Shown: piece by piece, positions 37,834-46,439 of the stretch | Layout of the letters: the number at the start of each line of letters is the position of its first letter | Numbering within the stretch: the stretch's first letter is position 1 | NCBI GenBank assembly: GCA_964617625.1 | Contig: CAZTZL010000004.1 | Span: 11,009 to 75,008, forward strand | Direction: 5' to 3' | Length of the DNA: 64,000 nucleotides | Source: an uncultured bacterium | GTDB lineage: Bacteria > Zhuqueibacterota > QNDG01 > DSAB01 | Program-made: the position numbers and the translations under genes | The notes under the pieces: generated by a model | The model's input: only the letters and a program-made list of their open reading frames with translations | What the model was told of the DNA's origin: nothing | Database searches by the model: none

Positions 37834-39192
37834 TCAAATCAGTTTCTGAACGGCTTCCCGGACCGTATGGACACCGACCAGTTCAAGTCTTGTCTTGTTT
37901 CGCAACGCTTTCAAACCGATATCGGGCAGAACAAGTCTATTGAATCCAAGCCGTTCTACTTCTGCAATTCTTCTTTCGATTTGAGAAACACCGCGGACTT
38001 CGCCGGACAGGCCGACTTCTCCAACCATCGCAGTCTGCGGGTCGATTGGCCGGTCTTTGAGACTGGATGCAACGGCGACAGTGACCGCCAGATCCACAGC
38101 AGGTTCTGTGAGACGCAGCCCTCCGGCAGCATTGATAAATACATCCTGAGTCCCGAATTTCAGTCCGACACGTTTTTCGAGAACGGCCAAAAGCAGGGCG
38201 AGTCTCCGATGCTCGATCCCTGTGGATGTCCGCTGAGGCATACCGTAACTCGTGGGAGAAACCAGAGCCTGCACTTCAACCAAAAGCGGCCTCGTCCCTT
38301 CCAGACTGACCGTCACAACGGTTCCCGAAGCCTCTCCATGTCTTTGTGAAAGAAGATATTCCGAAGGCTGGGTAACTTCGATAATGCCTTTATCCGTCAT
38401 CTCAAAAAGCCCGACTTCATTCGTCGATCCGAAGCGGTTCTTTACAGCACGAAGAAGGCGATACGCATGCTGCTCATCCCCTTCCAAAATCAGTAAGCCA
38501 TCCACAAGGTGCTCAAGTACTCGCGGACCGGCAATACTGCCTTCTTTTGTGACGTGACCGACCAGAAAAACAGGAATTTGTTCTTCCTTGGCGACCACGC
38601 TCAATGTGTATCCGCAAATGCGCACCTGGCTTACATTGCCGGGCAGGCTTTCCATTTGAGATGCATATACCGTCTGGATTGAATCGACGACACAAAAATC
38701 CGGTTTCTCCTGTCTGAAAACGGATGCGATGGATTCGAGATCCGTCTCCGCCAAAAGACGCAATCTGTCGGAATGAATGGACAGTCTATCCGACCGTATT
38801 TTAATCTGTTGAAGCGATTCCTCGCCTGAAATGTAGAGTACATTTTTCCCCTGACTGGCGATGAGAGAACAAACCTGCAGTAAAAGAGTGGACTTTCCGA
38901 TACCCGGCGCCCCGCCAACCAGAATGACAGAACCGACAACGATTCCGCCGCCGAGCACCCGGTCAAATTCTTCTGTCCCTGTTTTGATCCGGGCAAACTT
39001 CGGATCCTGAATTTCATCCAGCAAAACAGATTTCGGAACGACCTGTGATGTTCCTGCGCGTTGCCTGGAGACAGGCTGGATTTTTTCCTCAATGAATGCA
39101 TTCCAGGCGCCGCATTCAGAACATTTTCCCATCCATTTCGGGGACGTGTATCCGCAGGACTGGCATACATATTTGGTTCGTTCTTTTTTCAT
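37834..39192 (-). CDS. radA: DNA repair protein RadA/Sms
   Basis: N-terminal zinc finger CQSCGYTSPKWMGKCSECGAWN, Walker A GAPGIGKST, KNRFG motif and a Lon-like C-terminal domain. Confidence 0.9.
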   Translation of the reverse strand: MKKERTKYVCQSCGYTSPKWMGKCSECGAWNAFIEEKIQPVSRQRAGTSQVVPKSVLLDEIQDPKFARIKTGTEEFDRVLGGGIVVGSVILVGGAPGIGKSTLLLQVCSLIASQGKNVLYISGEESLQQIKIRSDRLSIHSDRLRLLAETDLESIASVFRQEKPDFCVVDSIQTVYASQMESLPGNVSQVRICGYTLSVVAKEEQIPVFLVGHVTKEGSIAGPRVLEHLVDGLLILEGDEQHAYRLLRAVKNRFGSTNEVGLFEMTDKGIIEVTQPSEYLLSQRHGEASGTVVTVSLEGTRPLLVEVQALVSPTSYGMPQRTSTGIEHRRLALLLAVLEKRVGLKFGTQDVFINAAGGLRLTEPAVDLAVTVAVASSLKDRPIDPQTAMVGEVGLSGEVRGVSQIERRIAEVERLGFNRLVLPDIGLKALRNKTRLELVGVHTVREAVQKLI

Positions 39193-39283
39193 TTTAAATA
39201 AATCACAAAATCCTATGGAAAATTCAAATATTCAATCCTAAAGGCTCAATGCCAAATACTCAATAACTTTTTTATCAACCTAA

Positions 39284-39470
39284 ACTATTTCATCGAGCAT
39301 TGAAAATTCAACATTTAGCATAGAACAAGTTAAAACATAATCCGACAATTTACTAATTGTTGCTTTATAATATAAAATGTTCAGTGTTCATTGCTCGATG
39401 CTCAATGTTCAACGGTTTTTTCGGTTGAAATATTTCATTGAGCATTGAAGATTTAACATTTAATATGCAT
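39284..39470. repeat. Cluster of short repeated motifs (core CATYGAGCATTGAA) in direct and inverted orientation, lying between the mlaF stop and the radA start
   Basis: 39286-39322 atttcatcgagcattgaaaattcaacatttagcatag and 39431-39470 atttcattgagcattgaagatttaacatttaatatgcata are about 88 percent identical direct repeats. An inverted composite copy lies at 39385-39412 (gttcattgctcgatgctcaatgttcaac). Confidence 0.4.
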
Positions 39471-39473
39471 AAT

Positions 39474-40199
39474 TTATATATAACTCTTCATAAATGCTTT
39501 CACCATCGGGTGGTTACTCTTTCTCATTTTTGCTGGTGTATCCTCGAAAACGATCTGGCCTGAATGCAGCATCACAATCCTGTCTCCAACCTTCAACGCA
39601 CTGTACATATCGTGTGTCACAACAATCGAAGTAATGCCCAGCTCTTTGCTGGTTTTAATAATCAAATCATTGATTGTATCGGCAACGATCGGATCGAGTC
39701 CCGTTGTGGGCTCATCGAACAGAACAAATTCTGGGTCCATGATGATTGCCCGAGCAAGACCGACCCGTTTTTTCATCCCTCCGGAAAGCTCGGACGGCAT
39801 CTTGTCATTGATTCCGGAAAGGCCAACCACGGCCAGTTTTTTCTCTACACGTTTTTGAATTTCTTCAGCGGATAATTTGGTGTGCTCTTTTAGCGCCAAT
39901 CCAATGTTCTCTTCAACGGTCATGGAATCGAAAAGCGCTGAATTCTGGAACAGCATTCCAAATTTTTCTCTGTAATGGAAAAGTTTTTTTCTGTTTAATG
40001 TGGTGATTTCCACATCGTCTACAAAGATATGGCCTCCATCGGGTTGAATTAAACCGATAATCGATTTAAGCAATACGGTTTTCCCGCAACCGCTCTGCCC
40101 GATGATGACCAGGGTTTCTCCCTTGTTTATACTCAAGTTGACATTCTTTAGTACAACTTTGTCATCAAAGTATTTTTTTAATTTTTCGATTCGAATCAT
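39474..40199 (-). CDS. mlaF: ABC transporter ATP-binding protein, MlaF-like
   Basis: Walker A GQSGCGKT, the LSGGMKKRV signature, Walker B and an H-loop. Adjacent to the MlaE permease. Confidence 0.8.
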   Translation of the reverse strand: MIRIEKLKKYFDDKVVLKNVNLSINKGETLVIIGQSGCGKTVLLKSIIGLIQPDGGHIFVDDVEITTLNRKKLFHYREKFGMLFQNSALFDSMTVEENIGLALKEHTKLSAEEIQKRVEKKLAVVGLSGINDKMPSELSGGMKKRVGLARAIIMDPEFVLFDEPTTGLDPIVADTINDLIIKTSKELGITSIVVTHDMYSALKVGDRIVMLHSGQIVFEDTPAKMRKSNHPMVKAFMKSYI

Positions 40200-40201
40200 A
40201 A

Positions 40202-40990
40202 TTAAAAAAGAATCACTGCTAAAATGTAATCACTGATAAGAATAAACGCCGATGAAAAAACAAAAGCTTTAATTGTTGCATGCCCAACACCTTCCGCTCC
40301 ACCTTCGGTTCGGAATCCGATTGAACATCCAACAAGGGCAGTTCCACCTCCAAAAAACAAAGCTTTTACGATACCGGAAAAAACATTATACACTAAAAAA
40401 TAACGTTGAACACTGCTAAAAAAAGTCGTTGAGGAAACTCCCAGCAAAAGGAGCGCCACTACCCCTGCACCAATATGTGCAATCAGGTAAGAATAGATTA
40501 CCAGAATAGGAAGCATGACCCACCCTGCAGTAAAACGCGGTGCAGCGAGATAATTGATCGGATCGATTGCCAGTGTCTCAAGGGCATCAATCTGTTCAGT
40601 CACACGCATCGTTCCCAGTTCCGCAGCAATAGATGCTCCGACACGGCCTGCAATGACCAGCCCTGTCAATACCGGAGACAATTCAATGAAAATCGCATAA
40701 CTGACTGCTGCACCCAGAAAATCGTACGTAGACATTCCCGGTGCAAAACCTTCAAACTGATAGGCGGCCTGCCAGGAAGCAACTGCTCCCGTAAATATGC
40801 TGACTACGGAGACTAGCGGAAGAGAATTTACACCGATTTTCAGCATTTGCTTGAGCACCAGATGGCGATGCTGAAAAATATAAACTGTGCCGCGCAATAT
40901 CCTGAAAAGCATAATCGCCATATAGCCCATTTCTCTGAAGAAAGAGATAATTCGATCTCCAATCCAGAAAAATGGAGCGTTAATCGTCAC
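40202..40990 (-). CDS. mlaE: ABC transporter permease, MlaE family
   Basis: 5 to 6 TM helices in a MlaE/Ttg2B-like pattern, 3 bp from the ATPase gene. Confidence 0.8.
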   Translation of the reverse strand: MTINAPFFWIGDRIISFFREMGYMAIMLFRILRGTVYIFQHRHLVLKQMLKIGVNSLPLVSVVSIFTGAVASWQAAYQFEGFAPGMSTYDFLGAAVSYAIFIELSPVLTGLVIAGRVGASIAAELGTMRVTEQIDALETLAIDPINYLAAPRFTAGWVMLPILVIYSYLIAHIGAGVVALLLLGVSSTTFFSSVQRYFLVYNVFSGIVKALFFGGGTALVGCSIGFRTEGGAEGVGHATIKAFVFSSAFILISDYILAVILF

Positions 40991-41571
40991 AGATACATCC
41001 CCCTGTCATGAATAAAAGCTTCAACTTTCCGAGGCACCCAGTATCGAATTGATTTTTGTCTATATACACGTTTCCGGATTTCTGTTGAAGAAATTTCCAT
41101 TTTCGGGACAGAAACCCACTTCACCTTTTCCGAATATTTTTCTTTACTTCTTCCCTTTTCAAAACCCGGCCGTTCAATCACCAGTACTTCAATACTCGAC
41201 AATATTTCTGCGGGATTTCTCCAATTCCTGATATCGTAAAGACTGTCGGAACCCATAATCAAAAAGAAAGATCCTCCTTTCCATGTTGCCGATTCCTGAA
41301 ACCATTGAATTGTCTCAACAGTGTACGAGATCCCGCCACGCCGAATTTCAGTATCTGAAACATCAAAACGCGAGTTATTTTCAATCGCCAGTTTAATCAT
41401 TTCAAGCCGCCTGTCAGGCGGGGAAATACGGTTACTGTCTTTATGCGGCGGTACTGCAGCAGGAATAAAAAAAATACGATCTAAATGAAAATCACTGGAA
41501 ACGGTTTCGGCAATAATCAAATGGCCAACATGAATGGGATCAAATGTTCCTCCAAATAATCCGATCTTCAT
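40987..41571 (-). CDS. nadD: Nicotinate-nucleotide adenylyltransferase
   Basis: GGTFDPIHVGH motif (HxGH) plus ISSTEIR. Confidence 0.85.
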   Translation of the reverse strand: MKIGLFGGTFDPIHVGHLIIAETVSSDFHLDRIFFIPAAVPPHKDSNRISPPDRRLEMIKLAIENNSRFDVSDTEIRRGGISYTVETIQWFQESATWKGGSFFLIMGSDSLYDIRNWRNPAEILSSIEVLVIERPGFEKGRSKEKYSEKVKWVSVPKMEISSTEIRKRVYRQKSIRYWVPRKVEAFIHDRGMYL

Positions 41572-42381
41572 CTATTGATTCAATCCCTGATAATTAGCAT
41601 TCTTTTTATTTAAACTGTCTTTTATACTGTTCAACTTCAATTTCGCTTTAAATACATACGGGCTTTGTGGATGTTTTGTCAGGAGAGCATTAAATGCTTC
41701 TTTTGCCTGTTCCCACTCCCCCATCCGTCTGTACGATTCCCCTTTCCAGTACAGCGCATCATCACTAAAGGGCGTGTCATAATATTTTTCAAGAACCGAA
41801 TCAAAAGAAATGATTGCTGCGCGATAGTACCCCATTTTCCGATAGAGGTCTCCGGCTTTATATTCTTTTTTTGCCAATTTATCTCTGCATTCGGACAACA
41901 TTTTCTCAACCTGTTCTCTTAATTTGGAGTCCGGATACTCTTCAAGAAACAACTGAAATTGTGTAATTGCTTTTTGCGTATAGTCCTGATCCAGTCCATA
42001 GACAGGTGCGAGCTTGTAATAACACATTCCGATTTTGAAAAATGCATCATCCACATATTCACTGCTTGGCAGACTTTTAATTAATTTTTGATATTCACCT
42101 ACAGCCAAGATGTAATCTTTTAAATAATAATATGATTCACCCAAATAATATTGTGCTTTTCCTGTAATCCGGTGTCCCGGATTATTAAGAACGACGATTG
42201 AAAATTGCATCTTTGCATTGTAATAATCCCTGTGGTCAAAAAATTTCATGGCATAGTCAAACTGTTCTTCGGGAGTTAATCCCGACATACTGAATTTTTT
42301 CCCATAGCATCCGAATAAAGAAAAAATTAGCAACATGGATAAAATGAACGTCAAACCTGTTCCAAGACGATTGAATTTCAT
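41572..42381 (-). CDS. bamD: TPR-repeat outer-membrane lipoprotein, BamD-like
   Basis: Signal peptide with lipobox (SLFGC) and multiple TPR repeats. Size (269 aa) and architecture match BamD/YfiO. Confidence 0.55.
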   Translation of the reverse strand: MKFNRLGTGLTFILSMLLIFSLFGCYGKKFSMSGLTPEEQFDYAMKFFDHRDYYNAKMQFSIVVLNNPGHRITGKAQYYLGESYYYLKDYILAVGEYQKLIKSLPSSEYVDDAFFKIGMCYYKLAPVYGLDQDYTQKAITQFQLFLEEYPDSKLREQVEKMLSECRDKLAKKEYKAGDLYRKMGYYRAAIISFDSVLEKYYDTPFSDDALYWKGESYRRMGEWEQAKEAFNALLTKHPQSPYVFKAKLKLNSIKDSLNKKNANYQGLNQ

Positions 42382-42398
42382 GGTGACTCCTAAATGCG

Positions 42399-43055
42399 TT
42401 ACGAACTTCTGATTAAATAAAAAAGACAGGTCACAGCACCCATCACACCAAGCACAACTATCGGTTCAAACCAGCGGCGTAGTTTCTCTTCATCCGGAAG
42501 ACTGGGTTTTCCAATCACAATGCTTCCCTCTTCAACATCGCCAAGATGAACGACCGGTACCTGATCTTCAATATGATCAGTCAAATCGCCCATATAAACA
42601 AATTGCCCCGTAGAGGAATGGAGTGCTCTTAAAGATAGTTTCAATTCAGCCATCCTCTGCACCTTCCCCTGTTTAAACAAAGTCCTCCCAACATATTTGT
42701 GGTACTTCACACCGACATCCCAAACATGCAGAGAAAGACCGAGTCCGTTCCTGGACGTATCACAGGAATAAAATATTTGAACCCCGGATTCCAAAAGAAT
42801 CCGATAAAACCGATCTAAAACAAACCGTTCGACTTTACTATCTTCTTCATCATGGCCGATACAGACCGTATCTCCCTCACTTAATTCCAAACACTTTACT
42901 GCCTCTCGGGCAACACGATCAACGAGCGATGATAACAACTCTATATTCCGCGGGTAAAACTTTCCTTTCTGATCACAAAAAGAACACTGAAATAATGCGA
43001 GATTTAAAAAAACAATACATTGAATGATGATCAGCTTTTTCTTTGATACTTTCAT
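42399..43055 (-). CDS. Hypothetical protein with an N-terminal signal/anchor and a C-terminal TM helix
   Basis: The ORF runs 42399..43142, but the likely start is the internal Met at 43055 (MKVSKKKLIIIQCIVFLNLALF), which avoids a 64 nt overlap with the upstream gene. No recognisable domain. Confidence 0.3.
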   Translation of the reverse strand: MKVSKKKLIIIQCIVFLNLALFQCSFCDQKGKFYPRNIELLSSLVDRVAREAVKCLELSEGDTVCIGHDEEDSKVERFVLDRFYRILLESGVQIFYSCDTSRNGLGLSLHVWDVGVKYHKYVGRTLFKQGKVQRMAELKLSLRALHSSTGQFVYMGDLTDHIEDQVPVVHLGDVEEGSIVIGKPSLPDEEKLRRWFEPIVVLGVMGAVTCLFYLIRSS

Positions 43056-43078
43056 ATTGGTAAAGAGTTCCCTGCTTG

Positions 43079-44074
43079 TTATATCCTTATAATACAGGAC
43101 AGTAAAAACCATCTCCCTGTCAATTGATCGTTTTGCTGCCACACCATTGCTGCATTCAATCCGAAAGTTGGATGAAAAAAGGAGCGTTCACCTGGTAAAA
43201 TCGAATTCCAGTTCAAAATACCCATCCCGAATGAATAGGTATTCTCATTGTTCTCCCTGTCACGAAAATACCCACCTCTTAAAGCAATATGATTAAAAGG
43301 AATTATTTCAATACCCATATGGGGTTCACGCGTGATCCCTTTCCCTTCATCGCTCACATTCCGAACATCCAGCATCAAAGTCAACGGTTTCCAGGGTGAA
43401 TATGAAATTCCGATATTCAGCGTTTCATCAGCGATTCTTTCCAGAACCATACGGTCATTTGCATATTCATTGGGCAAATCAAAATAGCACAGTCCGAAAC
43501 TCATATTGGATCTTGGATGAAGAATGATACCATATCGATAGCCGAATTTAACCTCCTTCTTCTCGATATTTCTGAAAAATAATTCACCGGCCATTCCAAT
43601 AGAAACACGTGGGGCTAATGCCAATGAAAATCCGAAACTTGCATTGGTCTGCCATTCATAAAACGACGCGTCCAATATGTCGCTCCGTGCCAGACTTTTT
43701 TCATTGTTCAATGTTTCCTCGCCCCAGAGAAATCCAACGTTGAGTTTTCCAAAAGAAATACCTCCACCCCGGACAATCCATCCGACTGGCGTTATCCAAT
43801 CCGAATAGTTGCCCTGATTTTTGATAATTAAAAGCGAACCCAAAGGATTTAAAAACAAAGAGACCTGAGTTCTCTCCGAAATGGGAGCGATTGAGAAACC
43901 AGCTGGATTAAAATCAAGAGAAGCGAGGTCATCCTGTATTGATACAAAAGCGCCCCCCACACTCAAGGATCTCGCTCTAACGGTACTTAGTGTGACCATA
44001 TGATTATTGCCACCCAATAGATAATGGGGAAACATAAAAACAACAATAGAAAATGTGATGTACATCCTTTTCAT
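43079..44074 (-). CDS. Outer-membrane beta-barrel protein, PorV/PorQ-like (FadL-like) family
   Basis: Signal peptide, then an LSVGGAFVSIQDDLASLDFNPAG motif shared with the 53982..55052 paralogue. Beta-strand periodicity throughout. Confidence 0.4.
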   Translation of the reverse strand: MKRMYITFSIVVFMFPHYLLGGNNHMVTLSTVRARSLSVGGAFVSIQDDLASLDFNPAGFSIAPISERTQVSLFLNPLGSLLIIKNQGNYSDWITPVGWIVRGGGISFGKLNVGFLWGEETLNNEKSLARSDILDASFYEWQTNASFGFSLALAPRVSIGMAGELFFRNIEKKEVKFGYRYGIILHPRSNMSFGLCYFDLPNEYANDRMVLERIADETLNIGISYSPWKPLTLMLDVRNVSDEGKGITREPHMGIEIIPFNHIALRGGYFRDRENNENTYSFGMGILNWNSILPGERSFFHPTFGLNAAMVWQQNDQLTGRWFLLSCIIRI

Positions 44075-44116
44075 ATTGCAGCCCATAAGGTGGTTACCAA
44101 AAAAAATCGAACCTGC

Positions 44117-45640
44117 TTAATGCCGGTGAAAATATCTGTTATAAACAGTTAAAAACAATAACAAACTGCTTACAATACCAATAAACCAGGGGAATAGAAA
44201 ACCATATTTAGTGAAAAAGGTATCCTGTTTTTTTAACGAAATAAAAGAATTCACCACGGCCTCTTTATAGATATTCGATGCTTTGTGCATCCTCCCATAA
44301 GGATCGATGAAACACGAAATCCCCGTATTTGCACATCGCACAATCCAGACACGGTTTTCAATGGCACGAAAAATAGCAATGCGGGCGTGTTGAAACGGCC
44401 CGGATGTTTTTCCGAACCATCCATCATTGGTGATAATAATAAGAAATTGAGCCCCCTTCCTGATAAATTTTCTCACCAGATAGGGGAATACGGATTCATA
44501 ACAAATCACGACAGAAAAACGAACCAACTTCTTTAATGATTTCGGCATAAATTGAAATACGACGATCGAATCACCAACAGCATAATTCCCGACACTTAAA
44601 TCCAGAACCTTGTCAAGAAAATTGTACCAAACGGGTATTTGATCTGCCAGAGGCACCCGTTCGCTGAAAGGAACGGGGTGAATCTTATGATATCTATCGA
44701 CATTCCAATAATTTGGACGGATCAAAAATGCCGAATTGTATCTATTGAGTTTGTCTTTGTTTATCCACTCGAAATCCTGCGTGCCGGTCACCAGCGGCAC
44801 ATTCATTGAATCCACCTGTGATTTGATTTTTTGAAAATAAGCGATTCTGTATCGGATATAACAGGCAGTGGCCGTTTCGGGCCACACAATTAATTCCGGA
44901 TTAGATTTAAACGCCTGCCGGGTTAATCTGTCATAAACAGAAAAATTGGAATCAAGAAAACCGGCATCCCATTTCTGATAAGGATCAATATTCCCCTGAA
45001 TCAGAGAAACATTTATTTTGGGATCATTGTCCAACGGCCTGGTCAGCTTGAACTGCCCATACCCCAGAGGAACAATGACGCAAACGATAAGTAACAAAAT
45101 CCATCTTTTAACAAGTTGCCTTTCTTTCAAATTAATGATAATAAAATAGAAAATAACATTCATGGATACAACCCAGAATGAAACCGCATAAGCGCCAAAC
45201 AAATCTGCGAATTGAATCATTGTGAGATAATCGCTCTGCGTATATGCCATTAAATTCCACGGGAAACCCATTGATCCAACAGAGGAAATGATCTCAACCC
45301 CCGTCCAAACAAAAGGAGCCGCCCACAATGATTTTTCTCCCCAGTTTTGGAATAACCAGAATTGAACCAATGCAAAGAGACAAAAATAGGATGCAAAAAT
45401 AATCAAGGCACCGAATAAACCACCTATGGTTGCCCAGCCGATCCAGTATAACGTGCCGCTTCCCCATATCAATCCAATTACATACCCTCCTGCAATTACA
45501 GTTGAGATCTTCTTTCCCTGTAAAAAAAAGAAAAAAGGGATTAGCACGATCAATGCGACAAATCCAAATGGAAGAGGAGGAAAAGCTAAAATTAAACCGA
45601 TGCCCGTAATGAACATCAAAAAAATATCTTTCCGGCTCAA
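44117..45640 (-). CDS. lnt: Apolipoprotein N-acyltransferase
   Basis: N-terminal polytopic domain plus a C-terminal CN-hydrolase domain (catalytic E...K...C, ICYES). Confidence 0.85.
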   Translation of the reverse strand: MSRKDIFLMFITGIGLILAFPPLPFGFVALIVLIPFFFFLQGKKISTVIAGGYVIGLIWGSGTLYWIGWATIGGLFGALIIFASYFCLFALVQFWLFQNWGEKSLWAAPFVWTGVEIISSVGSMGFPWNLMAYTQSDYLTMIQFADLFGAYAVSFWVVSMNVIFYFIIINLKERQLVKRWILLLIVCVIVPLGYGQFKLTRPLDNDPKINVSLIQGNIDPYQKWDAGFLDSNFSVYDRLTRQAFKSNPELIVWPETATACYIRYRIAYFQKIKSQVDSMNVPLVTGTQDFEWINKDKLNRYNSAFLIRPNYWNVDRYHKIHPVPFSERVPLADQIPVWYNFLDKVLDLSVGNYAVGDSIVVFQFMPKSLKKLVRFSVVICYESVFPYLVRKFIRKGAQFLIIITNDGWFGKTSGPFQHARIAIFRAIENRVWIVRCANTGISCFIDPYGRMHKASNIYKEAVVNSFISLKKQDTFFTKYGFLFPWFIGIVSSLLLFLTVYNRYFHRH

Positions 45641-46083
45641 ATTGTTTTGTCCATAGTATTATTCATGGGCCCTTTCTGAAATTCCAGATAATTCTGTAGA
45701 AGAAGAACTGATGCAATCAAATCCACTTTTCTTTTCCTGCGGCTTGGTTTTTCCTCAGCCTGACGTAGAATCCGTTTCGCCTGCATCGATGTGAATCTTT
45801 CGTCCCATAAAATCACAGGGATTGTGATACAGCGTTTCAATTCCGTTGCGAAATGTTCGACCCTTTTGACCGATTGCCCCTTTTCGCCTTTTAATGTCAG
45901 AGGCAAACCAATAATAATTTTTTCAATTTCAATCTGGTGAACCAGCGAGCCAATCTTTTCAACAACCTGACCAAACTCCAAACCTTCCCAGGTATCAAAA
46001 GGTTGTGCTGTTACGCCCAAGGGATCGCTGACAGCGACTCCAATGCGGCGCTGTCCATAATCCAGCGATAAAATACGTCCCAC
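45637..46083 (-). CDS. ruvX: Holliday junction resolvase-like protein RuvX/YqgF
   Basis: ILSLDYGQRRIGVAVSD motif of the RNase H-like YqgF fold. Confidence 0.85.
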   Translation of the reverse strand: MGRILSLDYGQRRIGVAVSDPLGVTAQPFDTWEGLEFGQVVEKIGSLVHQIEIEKIIIGLPLTLKGEKGQSVKRVEHFATELKRCITIPVILWDERFTSMQAKRILRQAEEKPSRRKRKVDLIASVLLLQNYLEFQKGPMNNTMDKTI

Positions 46084-46094
46084 AGGATTTGTAC

Positions 46095-46409
46095 TTATTC
46101 GAGGGGCTTTTTCAACACTTCTTTTAAAAGTTTGCCTGCCTTAAAATGAGTTTTTCGACGTGCGGGTACATAAATAATTTCTCCGGTTTTGGGATTTCTC
46201 GCTTTTGGTTTGGGTTTGGTTTTCTTAACTTCAAAAACACCAAAATCTCGGATTTCGATACGCACTTCATGACTTGCCTCGGCCATAAACTGCCTCAGAG
46301 CGGTAAAAACACCGTCCACGATTTTCTCGGTGATGTATATTCTTTCACCGACCAACTTTGCAGTCCTTTTTGCAACATCTTTCTTCGTGATGGTTTCCAT
46401 TTTGCTCAT
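46095..46409 (-). CDS. hup: HU/IHF-family nucleoid-associated DNA-binding protein
   Basis: DFGVFEVKKTKPKPKARNPKTGEIIYVPARRKTHFKAGK is the HU arm and beta-ribbon signature. Confidence 0.85.
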   Translation of the reverse strand: MSKMETITKKDVAKRTAKLVGERIYITEKIVDGVFTALRQFMAEASHEVRIEIRDFGVFEVKKTKPKPKARNPKTGEIIYVPARRKTHFKAGKLLKEVLKKPLE

Positions 46410-46439
46410 CGATAACTCCTTTGGTTTGTGTTTTCCCTT

